A stretch of 64,000 nucleotides of DNA from Pseudomonadales bacterium (GTDB lineage Bacteria > Pseudomonadota > Gammaproteobacteria > Pseudomonadales > UBA5518), in assembly GCA_022072145.1 (NCBI GenBank), contig JAJVIG010000016.1:152917-216916 (forward strand), given 5' to 3'. This document shows positions 24,340 through 34,222 of this stretch, one piece after another (position 1 is the first letter of the stretch; every line of letters begins with the position of its first letter). The translations under genes and the position numbers were made by a program. Under the pieces are notes generated by a model. It saw nothing but the letters and a program-made list of their open reading frames with translations. It had not been told where the DNA came from and ran no database searches.

Positions 24340-26229
24340 ATGAGCGTCAGAGCACTTGCCTGCTGCCTGTTCGTTCTGCTCTGCGCCTGCGACGGCGAGC
24401 ATCCCGCCGCGCCGGAGCCGACGCAACCGGAAGCCGATACGCCCGCGTCCCCGGCGGTCGAGGAGCCGCCCACCGCCCACCCGGAGCGGCTGCTGTTCGG
24501 CGACCTGCACGTGCATACCAGCTACTCGCCGGACGCCTTCGTGGCCGGCAACCGCAACACCACGCCCGACGACGCGTACCGCTTCGCGAAGGGCGAGCAG
24601 ACGCTGCACGCGGGAGGGTTCCCGGTGCAGATGCACCGCGCGCTGGACTTCGCGGCGGTGACCGATCATGCGGAATACCTCGGCGTGCTGCCACAGACCG
24701 CCAATCCCGACAGCCCGCTATCGCGCCTGCCGATCGCACGCCGCCTGGTCGCTGACGACCCGCAGGAAGCGCAGCGGGCACTGTTCGAGATCATCGCATC
24801 GCTCGCCGCCAACGCGCCGATCCCCGAACTGAACAGCGCCGAGGTATCCGCCTCGCTGTGGCGCGAGGTCGTCGCGGCGGCGAACCGCCACAACGCGCCG
24901 GGCACCTTCACGGCGCTGGTGGGCTACGAGTGGACCAGCATGGTCGACGGTGCCAACCTGCACCGCAACGTGATCTTCCGCAGCGACGCGGTCCCCGAGC
25001 GCCCGTTCAGCAGCTTCGACTCGCCCGATCCGGAACAGCTGTGGGGCTACCTCGAGGCGAGCCGCACCGCCGGGATGGACAACCTCGCGATCCCGCACAA
25101 CGCCAACGCCAGCGACGGCCTGATGTTCGGCACCCGCACCTTCGACGGCCGCCCCTTCGACGCCGACTACGTGGCGCGCCGGATCCGCAACGAGCCGGTG
25201 CAGGAGATCGTGCAGATCAAGGGGCAGTCCGAAGTCCATCCGCAACTCGCACCGAACGACGAGTTCGCGAACTTCGAGATCTTCCCGTTCACGCTGAAGC
25301 CCGCGATGCCGCCGCCGGTGTCACGCCCCGCGGGCGGCTACGCGCGCGAGGCACTGGGCGTGGGGCTGGAGCTTGCCGCACGCGGGATCGGCAACCCGTA
25401 CCGCTTCGGCTTCATCGGCAGCAGCGACGCCCACAACTCGACCACCGCCATCGAGGAGGACAACTACCACGGCAAGCTGGTGCTGGTCGACGGCACGCCC
25501 GAAAGGCGTCTGGCGCTGGCCAGGAACCCGGTGCCGCCGGCAACCGGCCGCGTGTTCAGCGCCGCCGGTCTGGCCGCCGTGTGGGCGAGCGCGAATACCC
25601 GCGAGGCGATCTTCGACGCCTTGCGTCGCGGCGAGACCTACGCCACTTCCGGGACGCGGATCCGGCTGCGCGTGTTCGCGGGCTGGGACTACGGACAGCA
25701 ACTGCTCACGGACCCGGCGTATCTGCGCGCAGCCTACGCACAGGGCGTGCCCATGGGCGCCGACCTGCCGCCCCGCCCGGCCACTGCGGCGGCGCCGCGC
25801 CTGCTGATCCGCGCGGCGAAGGATCCCGACGGCGCGAACCTCGACCGCATGCAGGTGATCAAGGGCTGGCTGGCCGCCGACGGCACGCGACGCGAGAAGA
25901 TCTTCGACGTCGCCTGGAGCGGCACCCGCGCACCCGATCCCGCCACCGGCAAGCTGCCGGCGATCGGCTCCACGGTCGACGTCGCGCACGCGAGCTACAC
26001 GAACTCGATCGGCGCGCCGACGCTGGACACGCTGTGGCAGGACCCCGAGTTCGACCCTGCGGTGCATGCCTTCTACTACGTGCGCGTGCTCGAGATCCCG
26101 ACGCCGAGCTGGAGCACCTACGACGCGTTCCGCCTCCACGAGGATGCTCCGGGCGACGCCGAACTGCAGGAGCGCGTCTGGTCGTCCCCGATCTGGTACG
26201 TCCCTGCCCCCGTTCCAGCCTCTTCATAG
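24340..26229 (+). CDS. DUF3604-family lipoprotein, paralogue B
   Basis: In-frame ATG 24340. Lipobox-like MSVRALACCLFVLLCAC. LLFGDLHVHTSYSPDAF, VTDHAEYLG, FYYVRVLEIPTPSWSTYD...SSPIWY. Confidence 0.75.
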   Translation: MSVRALACCLFVLLCACDGEHPAAPEPTQPEADTPASPAVEEPPTAHPERLLFGDLHVHTSYSPDAFVAGNRNTTPDDAYRFAKGEQTLHAGGFPVQMHRALDFAAVTDHAEYLGVLPQTANPDSPLSRLPIARRLVADDPQEAQRALFEIIASLAANAPIPELNSAEVSASLWREVVAAANRHNAPGTFTALVGYEWTSMVDGANLHRNVIFRSDAVPERPFSSFDSPDPEQLWGYLEASRTAGMDNLAIPHNANASDGLMFGTRTFDGRPFDADYVARRIRNEPVQEIVQIKGQSEVHPQLAPNDEFANFEIFPFTLKPAMPPPVSRPAGGYAREALGVGLELAARGIGNPYRFGFIGSSDAHNSTTAIEEDNYHGKLVLVDGTPERRLALARNPVPPATGRVFSAAGLAAVWASANTREAIFDALRRGETYATSGTRIRLRVFAGWDYGQQLLTDPAYLRAAYAQGVPMGADLPPRPATAAAPRLLIRAAKDPDGANLDRMQVIKGWLAADGTRREKIFDVAWSGTRAPDPATGKLPAIGSTVDVAHASYTNSIGAPTLDTLWQDPEFDPAVHAFYYVRVLEIPTPSWSTYDAFRLHEDAPGDAELQERVWSSPIWYVPAPVPASS

Positions 26230-26398
26230 GTCGCGGTTCACAGGGTTTGGCAACGGATAGCGAGGCGCGCGCTGGCGGTTGCGTGCCGGTGGACGTACGC
26301 CGCTGGTATGCGGCGCAACGTATCGCCCCGCCCTGCCGATCGCTACAATTGGCGACCTTTTCGTATCGATCAGGAAATCACCCCGGAGGCTTCAGACC

Positions 26399-27490
26399 GT
26401 GAACTTCGATTTTTCCGACGACCAGCGCCTGCTGGCGCAGGAGGTACGCCGGATGCTGGCCGAGACCAGCACCTCGGCCGAGATCCGGCGCGTGCTCGAG
26501 GGGCACGCCACGCATTCCGGCGCCGTGTGGAACAACCTGATCGGCATGGGCGCGGCCGCCGCGGCGATTCCCGAGGAGTTCGGCGGCGCCGGCCTGGGCT
26601 ATCTGGAACTGTGCCTGATCGCCGAGGAGGCAGGCCGCCATCTGGCGCCGGTGCCGCTGGCATCGAGCTTCTACCTGGCTGCCGAGGCGCTGATGCGCTC
26701 CGGCAATGAGGAACAGCAACGGCGCTGGCTGCCGCGGATCGCCTCCGGAGACGTGATCGCCACCGCCGCGCTGGCCAATGCCGAGGCATGGAGCACGGAT
26801 CCCGAGCCGGTGTTCGCCGACGGACGACTGACAGGACGCTTCGCGGTGGTTCCCGACGCGATGATCGCCGGGCTGCTGGTGCTGCGCGCCGGCGACACGC
26901 TGGTGCTGGTCGACCCCGCGGCCGCCGGCGTCGCCCGCCGCGCCATCGCGACGCTGGACCCCACGCGGCCCTGCGGCGAAGTCGTGTGCGCCGACGTCGC
27001 GGCGCACGTGCTGTGCGCCGGCGAGAGCGGCGCCGCGCTGTGCGAACGCGTGCTGAACGCCGCGGCGGTGCTGCTCGCCTTCGAGCAGGTCGGCGGCGCC
27101 ACGCGCATCCTCGAGATCGCCCGCGACTACGCACTGCAGCGCAAGGCCTTCGGCCGCCAGATCGGCAGCTTCCAGGCACTGAAGCACAAGATGGCCGACG
27201 TCTACACCGCCAACGAACTGGCCCGCGTGCACGCGTACTACGGCGCGTGGGCGCTGTCCTCCGACGCACCCGAACTGGCGGTCGCGGCGGCCGCCGCGCG
27301 CGTGGCCGCCAGTGGCGCGTTCAATCGCGCCGCCGAGGAAGGCATCGAGATCCACGGCGGCATCGGCTACACGTGGGAGATGGACTGCCACCTCTACATG
27401 CGCCGCGCGCGCTACCTCGCACAACTGATCGGCAGCGAGCACGACTGGCGCACTCGTCTGGCCGACGCACTGATCCGGGAGGCCGCGTAA
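26399..27490 (+). CDS. acyl-CoA dehydrogenase family protein (lacks the usual C-terminal GGTxEI catalytic block)
   Basis: GTG 26399 preceded by GGAGG. VNFDFSDDQRLLAQEVRRML, IPEEFGGAGLGY, IEIHGGIGYTWEMDCHLYMRRA. Confidence 0.8.
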   Translation: MNFDFSDDQRLLAQEVRRMLAETSTSAEIRRVLEGHATHSGAVWNNLIGMGAAAAAIPEEFGGAGLGYLELCLIAEEAGRHLAPVPLASSFYLAAEALMRSGNEEQQRRWLPRIASGDVIATAALANAEAWSTDPEPVFADGRLTGRFAVVPDAMIAGLLVLRAGDTLVLVDPAAAGVARRAIATLDPTRPCGEVVCADVAAHVLCAGESGAALCERVLNAAAVLLAFEQVGGATRILEIARDYALQRKAFGRQIGSFQALKHKMADVYTANELARVHAYYGAWALSSDAPELAVAAAAARVAASGAFNRAAEEGIEIHGGIGYTWEMDCHLYMRRARYLAQLIGSEHDWRTRLADALIREAA

Positions 27491-27504
27491 GCGGAGACAG
27501 CACG

Positions 27505-28731
27505 ATGGATTTCAGAGACACCCCCGAAGAAGCCACGTACCGCGCCGAGGTGCGCGCCTGGCTGCAAGCCAGCGCGGAACCCCGCACCAGCGACGAACAG
27601 CGTTTCGGCGAAGGCCTGGACGACGCCGCGCGCATCGCCGCCGCGCGCGCCTGGCAACGCCGCAAGGCCGCGGCCGGCTACGCCGCGATCACCTGGCCGC
27701 GCGAATGGGGCGGCAGCGGCGGCACCGCGATGCAGCAGGTCATCTACGGCCAGGAGGAGGAACGCTTCCTGGTGCCACGCATGGTGTTCGAGAACAGCAT
27801 CGGCCAATGCCTGCCGACGGTGGCAATGTGGGCGGCGCCGGCGGTACGCGAGCGCCACGTGCCGCGCGGCATCGTCGGTGACGAGATCTGGTGCCAGCTG
27901 TTCTCCGAGCCCGCGGCCGGCTCCGACACCGGCGGCATCCGCACCCGCGCCGAGCGCCAGGGCGACGAATGGCTGATCAACGGCCAGAAGGTCTGGACCT
28001 CGGGAGCGCACTTCTGCGACTACGGCATCCTGCTCGCGCGCAGCGACTGGGACAAGCCGAAGCAGAAGGGCCTGACGATGTTCATCGTCGACATGAAGGC
28101 CCCGGGCGTCGAGATCCGTCCGATCCACCAGATGTCGGGCGACACCGAGTTCAACGAGGTGTTCCTGACCGATGTGCGCATTCCCGACGCCAACCGCCTC
28201 GGCGAGGTCGACGGCGGCTGGAAGGTGATGCTCAGCACGCTGATGCACGAGCGGCTCGCGATCGGCGGCCACCTGCCCACGCACCTGCACCGCAACCTGA
28301 TCCAGGTCGCGCGCACGGCACGCTGGAACGGCCGTCCCGCGCTCGACGACGAACGCGTGAAGGAGCGCATCGCCAACGCCTTCCTGAGCCAGCACGGTGT
28401 GGAGCTGATCATCGCGCGCGGCCTCACCGCGCTGTCGCAGGGCAGGGAGCCCGGGCCGGAAATGTCGATCCTGAAGCTGGTCGCCGGCCGCGGCATCCTC
28501 GACATCGCCGGCTTCGCGCTCGAGATGGCCGGTCCCGAAGGCCTGGTCGCACACCAGGACCTGGGCAAGGAATGGGCATTCCTGCAGCAGCTGTGGCTGT
28601 CGGCGCCCGGCATCCGCCTTGCCGGCGGCACCGACGAGATCCTGCGCAACGTGGTCGCCGAACGCGTGCTGGGGCTGCCCGGTGAAATACGCACCGATCG
28701 CGAGCTGCCGTTCCGTGAACTCGAGCGCTGA
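27505..28731 (+). CDS. acyl-CoA dehydrogenase
   Basis: In-frame ATG 27505. MDFRDTPEEATYRAEVRAWL, WCQLFSEPAAGSD, KVWTSGAHFCDY, RLAGGTDEILRNVVAERVLGLP. Confidence 0.85.
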   Translation: MDFRDTPEEATYRAEVRAWLQASAEPRTSDEQRFGEGLDDAARIAAARAWQRRKAAAGYAAITWPREWGGSGGTAMQQVIYGQEEERFLVPRMVFENSIGQCLPTVAMWAAPAVRERHVPRGIVGDEIWCQLFSEPAAGSDTGGIRTRAERQGDEWLINGQKVWTSGAHFCDYGILLARSDWDKPKQKGLTMFIVDMKAPGVEIRPIHQMSGDTEFNEVFLTDVRIPDANRLGEVDGGWKVMLSTLMHERLAIGGHLPTHLHRNLIQVARTARWNGRPALDDERVKERIANAFLSQHGVELIIARGLTALSQGREPGPEMSILKLVAGRGILDIAGFALEMAGPEGLVAHQDLGKEWAFLQQLWLSAPGIRLAGGTDEILRNVVAERVLGLPGEIRTDRELPFRELER

Positions 28732-28766
28732 TCGCGCACCCCGAGCAACCGGTCGAGGAACAGTCG

Positions 28767-30380
28767 ATGCAACGAGAGAAGACCTTCAACCTGGCTGACC
28801 TGCTGGACATCGTCGTCGACACCGTGCCACCCGAGCGCGAGGCACTGGTCTCGGGCGGGCAGCGTCTGGGCTACCGCGAGTTCCGCGATCGCGCCGGGCG
28901 GCTCGCGCTGTGGTTGCGCGCGCGTGGCGTAGGTGCCAACGACACCGTCGGCATCCAGGCGGCGAATTCGATCGCGTTCCTCGAGGCGACCTTCGCCGCG
29001 TACATGCTGCGCGCCACGCCGGTCAACGTGAACTACCGCTATACCGCCGACGAGTCGAAATACATCTACGGCAACGCCGGCCTCGCGGCGCTCTTCTACG
29101 ACACCGCGGTCGAGGACGCGGTCGCCGGCGCGCTGGACGCGGTGCCGGGGTTGAAGGCGCTGGTGCGCATCGGTGACGGTGCGCCCCGGCTGCCGGGGGC
29201 CGTTCCCTACGCGACGGCAGCCACCGGCGCACCCGGTACGCTGGAAGACATCGAGCGCAGCGACGACGACGTGCTGCTGCTCTACACCGGCGGCACCACG
29301 GGGATGCCCAAGGGCGTGATCTGGACGCACAAGGCGCTGTTCTACGCCGCCTTCGGCGGCGGCGGCAGCCTGCACCCGGCGGGGCCGATCGCAACCCCGG
29401 CGCAACTCGCCGACCGCGTGCGCGAGACCTATCCGTTGCGCCAGCTGCCGTGCGGGCCGCTGATGCACGGCGCCGGCATGTGGGCCACGACCATCGGGCT
29501 GCTCGCGGGTTGCACGGTGTACCTGAACGACCGCCCCAACTTCGACGTCGAGTACATCCTCGGACTGATCAGCGAGGAGAAGATCAGCTGCCTCAACGTG
29601 ATCGGCGACGCCATGGTGCTGCCGATGCTGGAGGCGCTGCGGCGCGAGCCGGGTCGCTGGGACCTGAGCAGCATCGTCGCGGTATCGAACGGCGGCGCCA
29701 TGCTCTCGGAACACGCACGCGAGGCGCTGCGCCCGTACCTCGCGCCCAACGTCTACATGGTCGACAGCATGGGCTCCTCGGAAACCGGCACCTCGGGCGG
29801 CGGCACCAAGCCGAGCGACGGCGGGCTGCTGCGCATGCCGCCCAGCCCCACCGTGGCGGTGCTGGTCGACGGGGTGCGCTTCGCCGAGCCGGGCGAGATG
29901 GGCATCCTGGTGCGCATGGGGCACCTGCCGATCGGCTATTTCCGCGATCCGGCCAAAACCGCCGCCACCTTCGTCACCATCGACGGCAAGCGCTGCGCCA
30001 TCAGCGGCGACAGCGCGCGCCTGGAGCCCGATGGTTCGATCACCGTGTTCGGCCGCGATTCGCAGTGCATCAACACCGGCGGCGAGAAGGTGTTCACCGA
30101 AGAGGTCGAGGAAGGTCTGCGCTCGTATCCCGGCGTGAGCGACGCGGTGGTGGTCGGCGTCGCGGACCCGCGCTGGGGCCAGAAGGTGGTGGCACTGGTC
30201 GAGCTGGCCGAGGACGTCGTCGCGGACGCGGAGGCGATGAAGCGGCATTGCCGCACGAAACTCGCCGGCTACAAGGTGCCGAAGGAGGTACTGTTCGTCG
30301 ACGAGGTGCCGCGCAGCCCGATGGGCAAGGCCGACTACCGCTGGGCACGCAGCACCGCGGAACGCCTGCTCGGGGACTGA
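28767..30380 (+). CDS. AMP-dependent acyl-CoA synthetase (FadD-like)
   Basis: 537 aa. LLYTGGTTGMPKGV, SGDSARLEPDGSITVFGRD, CINTGGEKV, KLAGYKVPK. Confidence 0.85.
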   Translation: MQREKTFNLADLLDIVVDTVPPEREALVSGGQRLGYREFRDRAGRLALWLRARGVGANDTVGIQAANSIAFLEATFAAYMLRATPVNVNYRYTADESKYIYGNAGLAALFYDTAVEDAVAGALDAVPGLKALVRIGDGAPRLPGAVPYATAATGAPGTLEDIERSDDDVLLLYTGGTTGMPKGVIWTHKALFYAAFGGGGSLHPAGPIATPAQLADRVRETYPLRQLPCGPLMHGAGMWATTIGLLAGCTVYLNDRPNFDVEYILGLISEEKISCLNVIGDAMVLPMLEALRREPGRWDLSSIVAVSNGGAMLSEHAREALRPYLAPNVYMVDSMGSSETGTSGGGTKPSDGGLLRMPPSPTVAVLVDGVRFAEPGEMGILVRMGHLPIGYFRDPAKTAATFVTIDGKRCAISGDSARLEPDGSITVFGRDSQCINTGGEKVFTEEVEEGLRSYPGVSDAVVVGVADPRWGQKVVALVELAEDVVADAEAMKRHCRTKLAGYKVPKEVLFVDEVPRSPMGKADYRWARSTAERLLGD

Positions 30381-30411
30381 GCGGTCCTGCCGCGGTGCCG
30401 GCGCGGGTCGT

Positions 30412-31140
30412 TCAGCGGCCGCGCCGGCGCTGCGGGATGCGGCGCTCCACGGCCCCGATCAGGTCCGCGAGCCCCTCGCGCAGCACGTCCCCCGAGGAGA
30501 TCTTCTCGTGGTAGGGGCGCAGCATCAGGAAGAACCGCTGCTGCTCCGGTGCCAGCTCCTCCACCCGCGCCAGCGAGATCTGCGAGTGATAGCCCATGTC
30601 GGTGACCTCGATGTGCAGCAGGTTCATCACCTGGCAGCAGAACAGCCACTTGGTCAGCGCGAGCTCCTTGCCGCGGAAACCGAGCTCGTACAGCGTCTCG
30701 CCGACCACGTGCGTGATGGCAAGCCAGCCGGCGGAGGTCTTGCCGTCGACACCCGTGACCTTGAACATCATCGGGTAGCGCTTGCCGAGCTCGTACAACG
30801 TCCACGTCCAGTCCGCGAGCGTCTTCTTCCAGTCCTGGCCGGCGACCGGATCGGGCATCCGGAACTGCTTGCAGACCTCGCTCGCCACCTCGGCGAGCAA
30901 CGCCTCGCGACTCGGAAAATAGTTGTACAGCGCCATCGACACCGTACCGAGCCGGCGCGCCACGCTCGCCAGCGTGAACTGCTCGACGCTGCAGTTCTCC
31001 AGCAGCTTCAGCGATTCGGCGAGGATCGCCTCGCGCGAGATCCGCGCGGGGCGTCCGACGCGTGCCCGGCGCGCGCGGCGCGCACCCGTTGAAGCTTCCA
31101 CCCTGGCATCCATAGATCCCCTTCCCGGTGCCGGCGGCAC
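30412..31140 (-). CDS. TetR-family transcriptional regulator
   Basis: HTH block SREAILAESLKLLENCSVEQFTLASVARRLGTVSMALYNYFPSREALL. The start may be the internal ATG at 31113. Confidence 0.85.
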   Translation of the reverse strand: MPPAPGRGSMDARVEASTGARRARRARVGRPARISREAILAESLKLLENCSVEQFTLASVARRLGTVSMALYNYFPSREALLAEVASEVCKQFRMPDPVAGQDWKKTLADWTWTLYELGKRYPMMFKVTGVDGKTSAGWLAITHVVGETLYELGFRGKELALTKWLFCCQVMNLLHIEVTDMGYHSQISLARVEELAPEQQRFFLMLRPYHEKISSGDVLREGLADLIGAVERRIPQRRRGR

Positions 31141-31206
31141 CGTGACGATTGCATCGACGACCGCCCCACTATACCAGCCCGCGCGCTCGCCACCGCAAGC
31201 CCGCGC

Positions 31207-32406
31207 TCAGGGGATCGCACCGCCGTGCTTCAGCGCCGCGATCTGCTCCCACGTGTACCCCAGCTCGAGCAGCACCTGCTCGGTATCGGCGCCGTATTCC
31301 GGCGCCGGCGTGTCCACGCATGAGTTCACGCCGTCGAAATCCGCCGGGCCGGCCGGCATGCGAATATGTCCGTGGGTCGGATCGTCGATCGCTATCCAGG
31401 CGTTGTTGAGTGCCGCCTGCGCATCCTCGGTTATCTGCTCCACCGTCTGCGCCTCGGCCCAGATCACCCCCTCGGCGTCGAAGCGTGCCCCCCACTCCGC
31501 GCGCGTGCGCGTCAGGAACACCTCGTCGAGCAGCCGGACGAGCCCGGCGGCGTTCTGCGCGCGACGCGCGAACACCTCGTAGCGCGGGTCGGTCATGAGC
31601 TCGGGGCGCCCGATCGCGCGGCAGAACCCCGGCCAGTACGGGTCCGGGGTATTCATGGTCAGGTAGAGATCCAGCCCGTCGCCGGCACGATAGACGTTGT
31701 AGAGCGCGTTCAGCACCTGATCGTGTTTCGGATGACGGAACAGCGGCACGCCGCGCAGATGGCCCGCGATATTCCAGGCCATCACGTGGATTCCGGTGCG
31801 GTACAGCGAGACGTCGATCAGCGCGCCCTCGCCCGTGCTCGCGCGGCGGAACAGCGCCGCGGCGATCGCGCCGGCGCAGGCCAGCGCGGTCGACATGTCG
31901 CCGATGCTCGACGGCGGCACCGGCGGATCCGCGTCGTCCTGTCGCATCGTCGTCATGAAGCCCGAGCGGGCCCAGAACGCCCCGCTGTCGAAGCTGGGAC
32001 GGTCCGCATCGGGTCCGTGCGGGCCGTAGCCGGTGATGCGGCAGTAGAGCAGCGAAGGATGCGCGGTGCGCACGCTCGGCGCATCGACGCCGAGCTTCTG
32101 CGCCGCGCTCGACTGCAGGTTCACGATCAGCACATCGCTTTGGGCAAGCAGGCGCTCGAACAACTCGTGTCCGGTCGCAGCGCGCAGATCGATCGCCACC
32201 GAGCGTTTGCCGCGGTTCACGTTCTCGAACCACGGGTTGCTGCCCGGCGGCATTCCCGGCTGCGTGATGCCACGCAAGGGGTCCCCCCGCGGTGGTTCGA
32301 TCTTGATCACGCTGGCGCCCCAGTCCGCGAGCAGCGCGCCGGCCGCCGGACCGGCTATCCACGTCCCGAGCTCGAGCACACGCACACCGGCGAGCGGATT
32401 CTTCAT
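31207..32406 (-). CDS. family III CoA-transferase (CaiB/BaiF; alpha-methylacyl-CoA racemase is an alternative within this family)
   Basis: 399 aa. GVRVLELGTWIAGPAAGALLADWGASVIKIEPPRGDP and the family-III layout. Confidence 0.8.
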   Translation of the reverse strand: MKNPLAGVRVLELGTWIAGPAAGALLADWGASVIKIEPPRGDPLRGITQPGMPPGSNPWFENVNRGKRSVAIDLRAATGHELFERLLAQSDVLIVNLQSSAAQKLGVDAPSVRTAHPSLLYCRITGYGPHGPDADRPSFDSGAFWARSGFMTTMRQDDADPPVPPSSIGDMSTALACAGAIAAALFRRASTGEGALIDVSLYRTGIHVMAWNIAGHLRGVPLFRHPKHDQVLNALYNVYRAGDGLDLYLTMNTPDPYWPGFCRAIGRPELMTDPRYEVFARRAQNAAGLVRLLDEVFLTRTRAEWGARFDAEGVIWAEAQTVEQITEDAQAALNNAWIAIDDPTHGHIRMPAGPADFDGVNSCVDTPAPEYGADTEQVLLELGYTWEQIAALKHGGAIP

Positions 32407-32533
32407 CGCCTGTTCTCCCCGATTGCCGGATTCATGACGTGCTATGGAACTCCGCCTCCCGATGCGGTATACAGCCTGCCGTGCAGATATTACTTACTCC
32501 TCAGCAAAACAGGCTACCGCACGGGGGACGACG

Positions 32534-33355
32534 ATGAAACTCCACGTCCAGCACATCTGGCCCAGCCCGCAGAACGACCGCTTCATCGGCGCGAAGATGG
32601 CGATCCTCTACGATGCCCAGACCGCGATGATCCAGTCGATCGCCGGCCCCGGCGTGGAGCTCAACGTCGCGTTCAACGAACGCTCGGCGTACTACACCAG
32701 CTGCGCGTCGATGGAAGCCTACAACGTCACCGGCATCCTCGATGCGCTGGCCGCCGGCGAGGCCGCGGGCTGCGACGCGGCGCTGATCGCCTGCGGCAAC
32801 GATCCCGGCCTGCACGCCGCGCGCGACGCGCTGCGCATCCCGGTGGTGAGCGCGACCGAGAGTGCCCTGCTCACCGCCTGCATGCTCGGGCGGCGCTTCG
32901 GCGTGATCACCGCCGACGAGGCCTCGGTGGCGCTGGTCGAGCGCAATCTCGAGTCCTACCGGTTGGAGGACCGCGCGATCCGCAACCGCCCGGTGCGCTC
33001 CCCGGGCTTCTACGAGGACGGCACCGACTGGGTCGGCGATCCGGAGTACCTGCGCGCCAGGGTGATACCGCGCTTCGAGGAAGTCGCGCGCGGCATGATC
33101 GAGGACGGGGCCGACGTGATCTGCACAGCCTGCGGCATGTACTCGGCATTCTCGATGCACGGCTACGCGAAGATCGGCGGCACCGAGGTGCCGGTGGTCG
33201 AGGCGATCGCCGCCGGTACCCATATGGCGCTGATGCTCGCGCGCCTGCGCCGGGATTACGGTGTGTCGACCAGCAAGCAGCGCGCCTACCGCGGCATCGC
33301 GCCGGAACTCGCCGCGCAACTGCTGGCGCCGTTGCGCAACCCGGGCACGGCCTAG
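32534..33355 (+). CDS. Asp/Glu/hydantoin racemase family protein
   Basis: In-frame ATG 32534. Two Cys-containing half-site motifs, ALIACGNDPGL and VICTACGMYS. Confidence 0.65.
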   Translation: MKLHVQHIWPSPQNDRFIGAKMAILYDAQTAMIQSIAGPGVELNVAFNERSAYYTSCASMEAYNVTGILDALAAGEAAGCDAALIACGNDPGLHAARDALRIPVVSATESALLTACMLGRRFGVITADEASVALVERNLESYRLEDRAIRNRPVRSPGFYEDGTDWVGDPEYLRARVIPRFEEVARGMIEDGADVICTACGMYSAFSMHGYAKIGGTEVPVVEAIAAGTHMALMLARLRRDYGVSTSKQRAYRGIAPELAAQLLAPLRNPGTA

Positions 33356-33371
33356 CAGCACGGGCGCGCCA

Positions 33372-34208
33372 TCAGGACACGGCCGCCGGCAGATCGAGCC
33401 CGACGAAGGCGCCGTAGTCCGGTCCGCGCCGCAGGTGGTTGCCGCCATCGATGCGGATCGTCTCGCCGGTGATCCAGCGCGCCTCGGGGCCGAGCAGGAA
33501 ACGCACCAGCGCCGCGACGTCCTCCGCCTTGCCGACACCCCCCAACGGCGTGTTGTCCACGTAGGAGCGGTACACCGTGCTGTCGCGCGGCACCACCTCC
33601 ATCGCCTCGGTCTCGATGAACCCCGGCGCGACCGCGTTGAAGCGCACGTTCACCGGGCCGTATTCGTCGGCGGCGTTGCGCATCAGTGCCTCGATGCCGG
33701 CCTTCGCTACCGGGTAGGCCCCGAAGTACGGATGGGTGCGGCTGCCCGCGAGCGAGGACATGCCGACGAAGCACCCGCCGCCGGCCGCGGCGAGTGCCGG
33801 CGTCGCGTATTTCACGCACAGCATCGTTCCCAGCAGGTTCTGGTGCAGCACCTGCAGGTAGTCCGCGGTATCGCGCCGGTGGTAGGGCGCGAGCGCACCG
33901 CCGCCGCCCGCGTTGGCCACGAAACCGTGCAGCGCGCCGTGCACCGCCAGCGTGCGTTCCACCAGCCGCGCCACGTCGGCCTCGACCGTCACGTCCACTG
34001 CCTCGCAGTGCAACCGCGCGCGCGTCGGCTCGTCCGGCGCCAGCCGCAGCGCGGCCTCGCGCAGGCGCTCCCCGCTGCGGCCGCAGATGGTGACCCGCGC
34101 ACCGTCGGCGAGCAGACGTGCGGCGCAGGCCGCGCCGATCCCCGAACCGCCGCCGGTCACGATGAACGCGCGCCCCGCGATGCCTTGCTCCGCAACCTCG
34201 TACGGCAT
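33372..34208 (-). CDS. short-chain dehydrogenase/reductase (SDR)
   Basis: In-frame ATG 34208. FIVTGGGSGIGAA, NAGG, catalytic YPVAKAG. Confidence 0.85.
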   Translation of the reverse strand: MPYEVAEQGIAGRAFIVTGGGSGIGAACAARLLADGARVTICGRSGERLREAALRLAPDEPTRARLHCEAVDVTVEADVARLVERTLAVHGALHGFVANAGGGGALAPYHRRDTADYLQVLHQNLLGTMLCVKYATPALAAAGGGCFVGMSSLAGSRTHPYFGAYPVAKAGIEALMRNAADEYGPVNVRFNAVAPGFIETEAMEVVPRDSTVYRSYVDNTPLGGVGKAEDVAALVRFLLGPEARWITGETIRIDGGNHLRRGPDYGAFVGLDLPAAVS

Positions 34209-34222
34209 GCCGCTCCCTCCAC

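Noticed and set aside
22227-24755. 842-aa plus-strand ORF
   Set aside because: It is antisense to DUF3604 paralogue A and runs across the divergent promoter region. The composition is artefactual.
28020-30248. 742-aa minus-strand ORF
   Set aside because: It is antisense to the second ACAD and the FadD-like ligase genes. No motifs.
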